Part shown: piece by piece, positions 51,119 to 64,000 of the stretch
How positions within the stretch are numbered: the stretch's first letter is position 1
Layout: every line of letters starts with the position of its first letter
NCBI RefSeq assembly: GCF_039654945.1
Contig: NW_027361671.1
Coordinates: 84,258,001 to 84,322,000 of the forward strand
Direction of reading: 5' to 3'
DNA length: 64,000 bases
Source of the DNA: Dendrobates tinctorius
Lineage: Eukaryota
Notes under the pieces: model-generated
Databases searched by the model: none
Seen by the model: only the letters and a program-made list of their open reading frames with translations
What the model was told of the DNA's origin: nothing
Program-made: the position numbers and the translations under genes

Positions 51119-52947
51119 ATGTCTTCATCTTCTTCTGAGGAGCGCGTGAACGTGCTTGACGGGAAAGTGAAGTGAGTACATTCCTTACTGATTGGTAAGT
51201 ATTCTCTGTCACATATACACATGTGGCAAAATGTATTTATTTTTTTTTTCCTTTTTCCAAACAGTTCTCACAGCAGCGGAGGCAGAGCAGGATCAGCCAG
51301 CACCAGTTCAGGTGGCAAGACAGTGTGTAAGTATACTTTTTTTCCTGACTGTACTATTCTTCCCTTTTTTTTCTTGACTTTACTTATTCTTGCCTGTTTT
51401 CTGTATCTCTTGTTTTCTTTACAACATTAATGTCTTTCTTACTTTTCTAGGTTCCAGAAAGGGATGAAGACCTAATTGATAATGACCTCCTAATTTCCCT
51501 GGTCAAGGAGCGAGTCCTGTTGTGGGACACAGCAGCACTCGGACGCTGTGGTGATCCGACGGCTGTGGAGTGATGTGGCCCGAGTGATGATGAATGGCTG
51601 GGACAACGCACTGCCACTGGTCTTCAAGGCATTTCAGAATTATTTCAATGTTGTGTGATGCAGCAGTGACCTTGGCCGGGATCACACAACTGTGTGTGAT
51701 GCGATAAAATCCTGCATCACACAGTTGTGTGATCCCAGCCGAAAGTGCATTGTCTAACAATTTTTTCTTTTTTTTCCACAGTGAACAAAGTCAGAACCCG
51801 TTGGCATTCAATGAAGGATTGCTTCAACAAGGACCTTCGTCAGGAGTGCCAGGTTCGCAGTGGTGCTGGAGCAAGGATGAGAAAATATCACCACATGCTG
51901 GTTTTTTGGAGACTGGTCCTTGCCCAGAGAATGCAAGTATTTTTTGTGGTGTAGTGTGTTGTATTCCCTAATCTGTAGTTTTCTATTCCACAGGAGTTGG
52001 TGTTTTTACTATTGTAAATTTTTGATAATTTTTTTTCTTTTCACAGAACCTGGAGCAGCACCCTTGAACCTGGATCTAGAGTGGTCCTTCATCGAACAGC
52101 CACGGACCAGCAACACAGACTGGAGACCAGGAAGCTGGTCCATCGGGTGTTCCCCTGTCCCAGGCCTCTGCCACTGGTTTTTTTCAGGGTATTCCCGCCA
52201 GCAGCAGAAGGCCGCGGACAGGACACTCATGCCCAAGTTCATTCACTTGAGCTCAATCTTCCAAAATGGCCTCAAGGCGCTGGGAGACAGACTGGAAAGT
52301 GGTTTCAACCATATTCACACACTTTTCCAGTATGTCAACCAATGCCTTGACCATCTGAAAGCTGACCTCCAGAGACTAGCACATAATTTTTTTTTTAATC
52401 AAATAGGGCATGTCAGAACACTTTACTCCTGATCTCCAGTTCAATGTCATGCAGGCCTGCAATGCTGCCTACATGCAGCAGACTCGGTACTTGCAGCAGT
52501 CAGTGGTGGCAATTCCACCTGTACCAACACCGACACGCTTGATCTCAATAGAGTTCTGCTGTATACCACTGCATGGCCGGACAACACTACAGTGACACCA
52601 CCATGCCGAGTGCTGCTGCACAGTCCACCACGCCAATTGCTGCTCCTGCTTGGACCTCCTCTACCACCATCACCGACATGCCGCAGCAACTGGACCCTGG
52701 CAAGGCCGTCCACCATCACCAGGCTGCAGCACCAGGATCCTGCCAGACCGTCCACCAGCACCATGCTACCAGAAGACACCACACCAGCGCTCCCCAGAGG
52801 GCCACACCGCAGAACACAGGACAGGGAGAAAAAAAAAAAAAAAAAACCACCACACAATGGACTCTCGCACTCCCTTCCCCCCCCCCAATGTGTCTGATGT
52901 CTGGTTTGTCTCTCCCTTCCAGTGTGTCTGTCCCGTCCCATCCCTGA
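51119..52947 (+). pseudogene. MADF/Myb-like gene of the third Harbinger, frameshifted
   Basis: IDNDLLISLVKERVLLWD, RTRWHSMKDCFNK and FIHLSSIFQNGLK (homologous to FLHLNASFQNCLK in the 22556-23635 ORF). Confidence 0.72.
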
Positions 52948-53569
52948 CCCCACTAGTTTCATCGCCCCTTCCCCTGCAACCCCTTCATCGTCTTTACCCA
53001 GTCAGTCGTCTCAGCTCAACACCCCCAGTTCCGTCTCTTTACCCCAAGTTGCTGCAGTTAGTAGGTTTTTTTTTGTAAATAAATGTGGCTTTTTTGCCCC
53101 TACTACTGTTTGGTTCTTTGTGTATTTCGCCTCCGGCAACACACACGCCGTACACTGTTTTTTGCCACCACATGCTTCAGGAGTGAGACAGCTTGAACAC
53201 TGCAGCTTTGATATGACTTGTATTTTCTCCAGCATCTCTTCAGTCTGCGTAATCTATTGGATGCAGACTGAAGAGACGATGGAGGCAATACAAGGCATAT
53301 CTGTACTCACCTGGCCAGGTGTCAGAAATATTGACTTCAGGATGCACAAAACCCCAGCATCCTGAATTAACTATTTCTGACACCTGGCCAGGTGAGTATA
53401 GATATGCCTTGTATTACCTCCATCTCTTCAGTCTGCATCCAATAGATACTGCACTGACAGTGGATTTGAGTGGAAAGACATAGGACACTCGGTACAGGTC
53501 TCAATACAGGTTTTTTGTTTTTTTTTTATTTACACCAAACATTACAGTTAAACACAACAGAACATTTTA

Positions 53570-56500
53570 TTAAACCATTTCATCTTGCCATGCCACACGT
53601 CCGATATCAGAAACAAAGTAGGCAGTAATTTGGTTCCTCATTTGGGCAACTTCAAATGTTGGCCTCAGAGGGTGATGATGGTAATCTGGCAATGGGTTTG
53701 AAACAGGTTCATCAAGTTCAATGTTGGGTCTCTCTTTAGCCATTATGTAGTTATGCAGTACCCCACAGGCTTTAACAACCTCATCGACTATCCATTTTTA
53801 GATTAATGGCTGTTCCAAGAATGCGCCATTTGGAGACTAGAATTCCAAAGGTACACTCAACAGTTCTTCATGCCCTGGTCAGTCTGTAGTTAAATTTTTG
53901 TGTGGTTCAAGTCCTGACTGGAGTATGGTTTCAGTAGGTTTTCACACATCTGAAAGGCCTCAACCCCAACCATAACAAATAGCATTGGCAGGCCTTCAGT
54001 GTTAGGAAGTGGTCGTGGGAGAGGGTAATTAAATTTTTTTCCATACAAGCGTTAACCCATGGAGTTTTTAAAAAGTCTGGGAGTCATTGCCATGGCCAAA
54101 AGCTCCTATGTCCACGGCAATAAAGCGACAGCATCTGCAATCGCCACAAGCACTACAGAAAGATATTTTTTGTAGTTGAAGTACTCAGATCCAGTTCTGG
54201 CGGGTTTGGTAATCCGAATGTGTTTTCCCTCCACTGCTCCCAAACAGTAGGGGAAATTAAACACTCGCCAGAAATTTTCGGCAATTTCCAGCCACGTTTC
54301 CGTGGTGGGTAGGGGGATAAATTCATCCCAAAGAACGTTCCACAAAGCCCAGCAGGTGTCCGCAACTATTCCAGACAGGGCTGAAATTCCTAGCCGGTAC
54401 TGAAAATGGAGCGATGACAAGCTCTCTCCGGTAGCCAGAAATCTGCCAAACAGAAAAAATTACCAATAATAATATTTATGATGGGTGTTGTGTACCATGA
54501 ATGGGAATAACCTGTAATGCATATTTCTCTGTGTTTCGTTTTCCTCCAATAAGCAAGATTCCCTGTTGCTAGGTAGAATTAGACTGTATGAAAATTGTCC
54601 CCATGTCCCTCCTGTAGTTGAGCTCTGTATTAGGTTGCTCCTCCCTTCTTTAGTTTAGCCTACAGCATACTCAAGATGCATGTGTACGCCCCTGTAAAGA
54701 TTACTCTTTTTACCTACTGTCCATTGTAAACTATTACAAGATTTTGGAGCTGGATTACTTAACGGTAATGCTCTTTTAATGAGTCCAAGACAGCACCCAC
54801 TGGAGGTATCGGATCCGCCCCATTGAACAGGAAACCCTACAGAAAGATAAAAGGGGGCGGTCCGCCTTTCCTCCTAAGTTGTATTTCAGAGTACCAGGAG
54901 GAACGCCAAGAGTTAGGCAATGTTCTTGCATTTTTAAGTTTCAACTTATTTATTTTTAGGAGATACTTTAATATGTGGTGTATTTATTGCTATTGTTATC
55001 TTCATAGGGAGGGAAGTGAGTGGGTGCTGTTGTGGACTCATTAAAAGAGCATTAATGGTAAGTAATCCGGCTTTTTACCCTTCGCCATGACAGCACCCAC
55101 TGGAGAGATTCCAGAGACCATCACCTGGGTGGGACCACCGTGCTAAGGACAGTCCTGCTAAAGCTTAGGTCAGAAGTTGATGAAAGGTCAAGTCTATAGT
55201 GATTATAGAAAGTAGATGTGGTTGACCAAATTGCCGCCTTACATATGGCTTCGATTGGAACGTCTCCCCTCTCGGCCCAGGAGGATGCCATTGCTCTAGT
55301 AGAATGCGCGCTGATATTCTCCGGAGGATCTTCACTTCTTGCGGAGTAGGCTAAACAGATGGCATCCCTGATCCACCGGGATAAGGTGCTCTTCGTGACT
55401 CCGTACACCTTTTTACAGCCCTGAAAAGATATGAACAGAGCCCTACACTGCCTCCAGCTCCTGGATCTCTCAATGTATTTTAAGACAGTTCTTCTAACGT
55501 CCAAAGTGTGGAATTTCTGTTCTTCAGGAGTGGAGGGGTCTCTGAAGAAGGTCGGGAGGAGTATTTCTTGAGATCTATGGAATTTTGTTGATACCTTAGG
55601 AAGGTATGAGGGGTCTGGTTTCAATATCAACCTATCCTGGTATATCTGAAAAAAGGGTGGGTCTATGGATAGAGCTTGGATGTCGCTCACTCTCCTAGCA
55701 GACGTTAATGCTACTAAGAGGGCCGTCTTGAGTGACAAGTATTTTAGAGATATCGTGTCTATTGGTTCGAAGGGGGCTTCTGCTAGGGTGTCTAAGACCA
55801 AGTTTAAGTCTCACGGAGGGATTGTAGGTATGTGAACAGGGGCCGTTCATTCACAAGCTGTAATAAATCGTGACACCCACTGATTCCCCGCTATATTATG
55901 GCCATAAAGTGCCTCTAATGCGGACACTTGGACTTTCAGCGTATTTACTGCCAGACCTAAATCTTTTCCTTTTTCTAGAAATTCCAAGATAGGAACTATC
56001 GGTATTTCTGTGGTATGAGAGATTGTATGGAACTGCAGAAATTTTTTTCCATATTCTCGTATAAATCCGAGTAGTGGACTGCTTCCTGCTCTGTAGGAGC
56101 GTAGCAATTAGCGTTTCAGAAAACCCTCTTGATTTTAGTAGCTGCCTTTCAAATTCCACGCCGTCAAGTGTAAGCTGTCCACTTGGGGGTGGAAAAAAAA
56201 GGGCCTTGGGAGAGTAGGATGGGAATCGAAGGGAGAACCCAAGGATCTGACACTGACATTGTTCGTAGCCATGAGAACCACGGTCTCTTGGGCCAGAATG
56301 GCGCTATCAAAATTACCCTCGCCCTGTCCTCTGATCTTCCGAATTACCTGTGGCAGAAGGATTATCGGAGGAAAGGCATATGCTAGGTTGAATTTCCATT
56401 AGGCCTGGAGGGCGTCCAGTATGTCTTGATGATCTGATGGGGACAGGGAGGCAAATGTTTTTACTGGTCTGTTATCTTTTGTAGCAAAGAGGTCCACTTG

Positions 56501-59500
56501 AGGTTGCCCCCATAGAGCTACTATGTCCTTGAAAATTCGGTGATTGAGGCGCCACTCCCCTTGCTGAAGTGTGTGTCGGCTTAAGAAGTCTGCTTCTTGG
56601 TTGTTCTTTCCCTTGATATAGAGGGCAGAAAAGGGCAACAAATAATTTTCGGCTAAGCTTAAGATTCTTGCCGCAGAAGACATTAGAGTCTCTAATAGAG
56701 TACCTCCCTGTGTATAGATACGCTACTGTGGTGGTGTTGTCCGATAAGATCCTAACATGCTTCTGCTGGAGCTGTGGAAGAAAATGATGTAAAGCATAAT
56801 GTACTGCCATCAGCTCCTTTAAATTAGATGAGTACTGCAGTTCCTCCCTACTCCACCTTCCTTGACAGAAGCTATTCCCCATATGGGCTCCCCAGCCGTG
56901 GGGGCTAGCGTCGGTGGCTAAGATATGGGATGGTAATATTACCCATGGACAAATGATTACCATCTAGCCACCATTCTAGAGAAGTCAAGATAGGGTTCTC
57001 TTGTTCTCGAGGTGACCGCCGTGTCGTCTGTCCTCTTGGAGGATCTGATGTTTCTGTGTGCGGATGTGATATTGGGCCCACTGAACTGCCGGGGCACAAG
57101 AAGTGAGCAAACGTAATAGTGACATTGCCTCTCTCAGACATGCGTGGTCTGTCCATTACTGCCTCAACTTTTTTTTTTTTTATGCGCGCAATTTTTACCT
57201 GAGGGAGTAGACATCTCTGGGTTGTAGAGTCTAACTGGAACCCTAAAAACATCTGGAGGGAGAGTGGAACAAGTCTGGACTTCTGGAAGTTGATGATCCA
57301 GCCTAGATCCTGCAAAGATGAGACCGTATCAGCCACACGTCTTGTACACTGGGTGATAGAGTTCCCGATAACTAAGAAGTCATCAAGGTAAGGCACGACT
57401 AAGTTGTCTTTCTGACGGAGATAGGCCATCACTTCCAACATCACGTTGGTGAAGATTCGTGGTGCTGTAGCCAGAACGAAGGGCATGGCCGTATACTGAA
57501 AGTGATGGATTTTGCCTCCGAATGCTACTTCGACCCTTAGGTACCTTTGGTATCTATCATGAATAGGGAGATGATAGTAAGCATCTTTCAAGTCAATTCC
57601 TGCCATTACACAGTTTGGGAAGAGAAGTTTAATGGTGGATCTGATGGATTCCATTTTAAATTTATAATTTTTAATAAACATTAAGTTTCTTCAAATTTAT
57701 GATTGTTCTAAACGTACCATCTGGTTTGGGAACTAAAAATAAAGGAGAGTAGAATCCTCTACCCTCTTGTCCCTCTGGAACTTTTACTAAAACCCTCTTG
57801 GATAATAGACTTTGAATTTCCATTTCGAGGGCTTTTTGTTGTATTATTGAGTTAAGGTGGGTTAGAATAAATGAGTCGTGGGGAATATGAAGGAATTCTA
57901 ATTTTATTCCTTCTTTAATTATATTTAGAATCCACGAGCTTGATGTTATTGCTTCCCATTTTGAAAAAAAAAAAAGTTTCAGCCAACCCCCTACTGGGGG
58001 GGACTGATTGCTCAGTATTTATTTTCTTTTCGGAATGTTGAACCTCTAAACATGCTACCCTTTTGCGGGCCATCTAGCTGATCTATCCTTTTGTCTCCTT
58101 CTCCCAAACGGCCACCTTTTAAAGGTTTTCCTGTAGAAAAGGATAGAAGAATCAGGGAAAGCCTTCTTCCTTTCTTTGGCGAGTATGTCATCTAGGGCTT
58201 TCCCAAAGAGAAACTCACCCTCGCACGGGATCGCACAGATCTTAGATTTTGATTGTGCGTCCCCCTTCCAGCTCTTCATCCATAGTGCTCACCTACCGCT
58301 GTTTACAAGACCCGCCGATCTTGCTGCTAGGCATAGGGTGTATGCCGATGCATCGGCCATGAAGGCTGCCGCTCCTCTAATGGAATAGCGGCTCGTAGTT
58401 TTTCCCTAGACACCTTCTGCTCGATTTGTTGATCCAATTGGTCTAACCACACGAGCATTGACCTGGCGGTGCATGTGCTGGCTACTGCTGGCTTAAAAAT
58501 GCCCGTAGTTGTTTCCAAAGACCTTTTTAATGATGACTCCGCTTTACGGTCTATTAGGTCGGACAGTAAGCCTGCATCCTCTACCAGAAGAGCAGATTGT
58601 TTAGAGGTGGAGGCTACAGCAGCGTGAACTTTAGGAATTTGTGTCCATTTCAATAGCTCGTCGTCGCTAAATGGATATTTCCTTTTTGAGGCCGATGGGC
58701 GAAAACTTCTTTGATCATGTTTTTGCCATTATCTCTTTATTAGGGCCTTAATTGCCGGTATTACTGGAAAAGCTCTCCTTTTCCTCTCCGCCAAACATTA
58801 TGTCTTGCGTGGTTTGGGCGCTCTTTGTCTCCTCACACCCCATAGTGTTTCTTACAGATTTGACCAGTTATCCACACTATCCAGGGGAAAACATGATCGT
58901 CCCTCAATTTCTGATGACATGAGTCAGGAGTCAGACTATCTCCTGTTCCTCCTCCGAATCTGAGCTGAGAGTCACATGTTTTTTGCTCCTAGTTTGAGGG
59001 AGTACTAGCACAGGCAATAGCCTGTAGTTCCTCTCTAATTATGGTCCGTATGTCCTTTGATGACACTGCGGCTCCCTGTCTAGTCTCTCTGGTGCATTGC
59101 TTACAGAGCTTTTTGGGGTAGGAGTCAGGAAGAGGCTGAGCACATAAAGCGCATTCTTTTGTGCTTGGATTTATCTTTTTTCTTCATCTGAAAAGAGGGG
59201 GGAGACATGGCGAGAAAAAAAAAAAAGGGGGTGTCAGCTTAATAGGCAGAGTATATCTTTTGCACACTCACCCATTGAAGCTTATGGTACCAGATAAGAT
59301 GGCTGAGACCCAGTCCTGGATCTTGATTCTCCTGCGTCACTACTGTGAGCGGTGTCCGTGGATCCTTTGGCAGCGCGGTCCCGGGAGGCACTGCCCCTAC
59401 AGAGTCCCCTGCTGGAGCGCGCACGTCTCCCGGATTTGACATGGTTCATCGCTGATTGCTCCGCGGTGTCTGTTTAAATAGGGCCTTCCTCCCTCTTTTT

Positions 59501-60643
59501 TTTTTGACCCGGAAATCCCTCGGGTTCAATCGCGCTCCTTGCACCTGCGCAATGGCGCTTGTGGGCGCCCCGCCTCAGCCATCATGCCCCGGAAGTTCAC
59601 TCATTACTTCTGGGGCTCGGAGCAACTGCGTCAGGCGGCGCATGCCCGTCTCAGCCAGAACACTGCCGCCGGGTTTTTTTGTTTTCCTTCGCGCCACTGG
59701 CACTCTTACCACTCCTGCAGCGGCGGCTCCTGAGAACTTTTCGGCGCTGCCCGGCCATGCTCCTGAGCGAGACCAGGCGGCCCTCCCCGGACCCGGTCAT
59801 CACTCTCATCTATCCACCAGACAAGGGGGGAGCCGTCTAACGGAAACTTCCGACGCCGCCTCTGGACCGCAGCCCATGCCGTTCTCACAGATACTGCACT
59901 GGCCCAGGTATGCTTTCTGAAGGATTCTTTCTGAGGTTCCCTGGGAACAGGAAACCAAAACTGAGGAGGAAAGGCGGGCCGCCCCCTTTTATCTTTCTGT
60001 AGGGTTTCCTGTTCTAATGGGGCGGATCCGATACCTCCAGTGGGTGCTGTCGTGGCGAAGGGTAAAAACAGAATCGTTTCTCCTGGTCTTTCTACAGTTG
60101 CATTTCCAGTGGAGTTAAAACTACCTGAGGACACCTGGTGGTGTAAGTACACGTTACACAATTATCTAAGAAGCTGATAGTTAGAACACTTGGGATTTGC
60201 AGCCAGCAGGAAGAGTCAGAATAACGGGGTTTAGCAAAAAAACACATAAAGGAAAAAACAATTAATACAAGGCAGATTAATAATAATTATGACAGACGTT
60301 TGTTTTGAAATATTACATACCTTAATGTGACCAAGAGACATTCCTCAGCAGGAATCGCTCTACGGAGCTGGGTGTCCTGTCTCCTGAAGGCTCCTTGGAC
60401 ACAACCAAGCAAATCCTGGAAGATCTCGAGACATCCTGGTATATTCCGCAAATTTCTCTGGGTTGGCATGGAGCTTGCTGTATAGGGCGTGGTAGGCTCC
60501 ACGCCTCTCCCAGACTTCGATAATGGGATGTTTCCAAAAAACGCAGATGCTGTCTTCTCAGTCTCTTTCTTACTCACAAGCAAACGCAAAGGGAAGAAAC
60601 GGCTTTATATCCAAATCCAGGTTGAAAAAAAAAGCTCTCCATG
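53570..60643 (-). pseudogene. Harbinger transposase: exons ~60643-60321 and 54442-~53570, with DIRS-C in the intron
   Basis: DTQLRRAIPAEE.LLVTLR|FLATG junction (GT-AG), NFP.CLGAV.GKH and YFNYKKY motifs; frameshifts. Confidence 0.82.
54748..60068 (-). mobile_element. Full-length degenerate DIRS1-type retrotransposon C
   Basis: Inverted terminal repeats (GACAGCACCCACTGGAGGTATCGGATCCGCCCC), ICR ~55020-55105, gag, RT (DLKDAYYH, YLDD), RH (TDAS..GWGAH), MT (VDLFA), YR (ARRVSD, HSTR, HY). Confidence 0.93.
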
Positions 60644-61725
60644 CGAAGATCCATCGTGACGCAGGATACAGGAGCAAAATCTGAAGATATCAGCTGTACA
60701 AGGGTCTATATAAAGATATCCCATAACACACGCCCATTGGTAGTGTCTTTATCTAGATTTTTAGAACTCATGCGCATAAAAAGCGCAAACGCATGGAAAA
60801 GCTGCTTTTTTTACCGCATGCATATAAAACGCTGCGTTTTGCATGCGGTTTTTCGTGCGTTTGAGGTTGCGGACGATACGCTGCAGATTCAACCGCAAAT
60901 GTGAATCTAGCCTTAGTGCATCAGTGCTGATCTGGTTCTCAATGCCCAGGGCATGGTTAATGCTGCCGCTCACTATGTACGGAGTGGTAACTGAAGCTGC
61001 GCCAGCTGCACATCTATGACTGAAAGCCCTTAGGATGCCGGGAGTTACTATGTTAATCTCATTGCAGTCATCCCAATGCTTCAGAACACTTAATCTGCAG
61101 ATTAATCCCATATCTGCAATTTAACAGCATTTTTTGACAAGATTGGTTCCCTTTAAAGAATTCCATTGTTTTCATTTGACAGTTTATGCTGTAAGATGAT
61201 TACTGTTCTATAATGTTTTGACATTTTAGATCAGTTTTTAATTGACCTGTTAATCTCACTGCAATTTTGTGAAATTGAGTTGCTAATTATTCAGGCTAAG
61301 AAAAGGCCTTTGCAATCAAAATATGCTCCCTACTTTCCAAGCCCCCTCCCTGTTGCACATCGTCAATTACTAGTGGGCACCTTGCAGTTTGAGTTGAACT
61401 GGTCTAAGGGGCGATTATTATAGTATTTCGATTCCCTATATGAACAAACAGTCAATGGATATTACAACAGATCAAACTTATATTAATAGATGATCTGCAG
61501 AATGTTTATATTTTAATGAGATTGGTAATTTCTAATAGATAGTGCCATTCTTGATGAACTGATGCACATTTTACTCATTTCACAAATACCTATATGTTTT
61601 GTGCTTAAACATTGTTGGCTGCAAAGTATTGTGACTTTTCTTCATTATCTGTAGGTCTGTGCCTGTTTATATTCAGGGAAAAAAAAAAAAAAAGAAAAAA
61701 AAAACTACAACTACTGTATCCATAC

Positions 61726-61829
61726 CTTCAGCTCCAGCATGATGATCTCAGAAATAAGCCATATAGGAAAGAAAAGCACATTAAAATACAAGGCCATCTG
61801 TAGTGGAAGGCTTGACACCATTTCATGTC
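61726..61829 (-). CDS. TMEM17: TMEM17-family gene, exon 2 (HEMVSSLPLQMALYFNVLFFPIWLISEIIMLELK)
   Basis: ctgcag acceptor, gtatgg donor, 104 nt; SSLPLQM.LYFN..FFP.W motif of the TMEM17/TMEM216/TMEM80 family. Confidence 0.9.
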
Positions 61830-62459
61830 CTGCAGAAACACAAGATGCACGGATTATTGGGCCAAGTTCACACTAGGCGTTTTTGCATAAATTTAGTTGA
61901 AAAGCACCAAACTGCAGTAACAGGCACTATATGAGCAGATCTAGTTGTGGGACATCTGTCTATTGGCCCCATCCATAGTCTCTGCCCGCTGGGAGGCTCG
62001 CAAATTTTTTACCTACTGGGATCCACACGGCGGCTTTACATTACCAGGCTGGTACGATAATCATCATTGCAGTGTGATGAAAGTCGACCTGCACATTCTC
62101 TACCAGGCTCACATACAGAAGAGCCAATGTGCATATATAAGTATTAAAGGGGCAAATAGTCAGTGGTTTGTAGCCATCTTCTATTATAACAGGAGTGAAT
62201 GCATATCACTTTTAGTAAACTTTGAATTTGATAATAGATTTGATAAATATTCTATTACTTTTTAGAAGATTTTGTACAGCAATGTATCTTAGTATGGGGA
62301 GGATGTGTGTTGCTGAACTCAATGCCAGGAGCCATCTGTACAAGATTTCTCCTCTAGAAGCAGTTATTCTAGGAGATAACACCTTTGTATACATGATATC
62401 TAACAGGGAGTACATGCCGAGGTTCATTTTATATGCAAACTGCTTCTTCAGAGAGTAAA

Positions 62460-62817
62460 GGCCCTTTTACATTTAACAATGCACCAGCGATCCCGACAAC
62501 CATACGACCCCGTCAGGATCGCTGGTGCATCGCTAAATGGTCGCTAGTGAGCTGCCACACAGGCAGATCTCACAGTGATACAGCGGTCGTTACTTACCTT
62601 TCAGATGCGGCGATCCTGACGTCCTCCCGCCTGCGTGCACGCGTCACTCGTCGGCGCCAGCAGGAAGCGCCCGACGAGAAATGGAGCTGCGCAATCTCGC
62701 ACGATCAACGACAGACAGCGGGTGAGCCGGTCGGAGGTAAGTATCACACATAGCGATATCGCTGCTGCGTCACCAAATCTGTGATGCTTTAGCGATATTG
62801 CTATGTGTAAAACCCCC
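62460..62817. mobile_element. Degenerate MITE of the GGCCC/AGCGATC family
   Basis: Internal similarity to 20634 and 7770; TAA-like flanks. Confidence 0.55.
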
Positions 62818-64000
62818 TTAAGAGGATAGGGAATCTAGTTCTACTTATTGGAGATAACAATCCTAAAAAGCAATATTGACACTTTGTGGCCGGGTGCACA
62901 TTGTCAGTACTGTAATTGGAAGCAGCACATGTCCGCTGCGTCCAGAGCGCTGCCGTCTATTGAACGCAGGTGAATCCGTATGTGTTAATTGAATCACCAC
63001 GTCCAGTACATTGTATGGGTGAAATTTATCTTGCGGAGACTCACGTCTCAGTGAGCTAAATTGATATGCTGCGGTCTGGAAAGATGGGCCGCTTGTCTGT
63101 CTCCACAGGCTTTGGTGCACATATAAGAGGGTCAAGCCCTTTAAAATGTTGATGCACCTGTTTACATCTACATAGTTGCCATATTTGTATGAGTCATGTA
63201 TATAATTGCTATATATTTCAATATGCCGTATTTAAATATCTTTATACTATATTTAAACTAGGGACAATGCAGTTAGGGAAAAGGCCAGTAGATGGGGGCA
63301 CTGAGTACACTGCATAGAAAGGTTTAGTTGTAGGACATTTAGAGGTTAATTGTAGGAGTGGTAGCTGGGGAATAAGCTAGACAGATTTCCTGGTTGTAGT
63401 CAGACAGGGGTAGACCCCCTGGTGTGCTCAGGTGTCCGTGGGGCCTGAGCTGCTTGGCTATCACATTAATGTTCCAAGTAAAGATACCCGGCCATCCATA
63501 GAAAGGATTAGAGGTACTCAGGAAGAGGAGAACGTGCGGACGTGCATGGTATTAGCAGCAGTGTAGTGAAGAAGCCAGTGAAGAAGTCACTGATGAAGTA
63601 ACTGAAGAAGTTTGGGTGCTGAAGAAGACTGGACCACCAGCAAGTGTGCAGGCAGGATAACCAAGAGGAGGTGGATGACCTAGTAGATGATTATTTCCGT
63701 GTCTGGGCTAAAGTTGGTTCCAGGGAGATAGGTTGAAGTGCCACTTTCACCGGGCTCCTCGTCCTGTTGTAACCTTGTGGCCTATTCCAGTGAAGTAGAG
63801 GAAGTAAGGGAAAGACGAAGAATAATGCATTGCCGCTACTGTGACAAGTGTTCATGATGTGCCGTGTCCTGAAGAGAATAAATCCATTATTCTTAAAGTT
63901 GCTTTGGACTCTGCCTCCTGTCCTTTAAGTGAACGGAAGAACGGGGAACACAGCAGGGAAGAAGCAGCTGACAGCACAATGAGTACAGAATGTGCTGATG

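Larger units (their letters stand above)
50564..60912 (-). mobile_element. PIF/Harbinger element (degenerate MADF gene on plus, transposase on minus) in TMEM17 intron 2, with nested DIRS-C
   Basis: TIR GGCT(GGT/AGA)TTCACATTTGCGGTTG with TTA TSD on both sides. Confidence 0.88.

Noticed and set aside
63200-64000. TMEM17 exon 1 or an LTR
   Set aside because: No matching N-terminal peptide seen; LTR-like but boundaries cannot be defined

Overview
Vertebrate genomic DNA, most likely frog (inferred from DIRS1, intron-containing Harbinger, CR1 and GC-rich MITE content), not prokaryotic. Three host genes are supported by exon-level reading. HINT1 (minus strand) has exons 1-2 here and exon 3 probably left of the window. 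LYRM7 (plus strand) has all 5 coding exons (102 aa) and lies head-to-head with HINT1 across a 291-bp promoter. A TMEM17-family gene (minus strand) has exons 2-4 here and exon 1 probably right of the window. Much of the rest is nested transposons: four DIRS1-type tyrosine-recombinase retrotransposons plus a remnant, three PIF/Harbinger elements (two with transposase plus MADF gene, one MADF-only), a truncated CR1, Tc1 remnants, many MITEs and two minisatellites. Most notable: a short GT-AG intron that must be spliced to make the DIRS Gag, seen in two diverged DIRS families; three DIRS copies inserted inside other transposons; a Harbinger with open exons but three non-canonical splice dinucleotides; and a MADF-only Harbinger with YQTPSP repeats. 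All calls come from manual reading; no database search was run.
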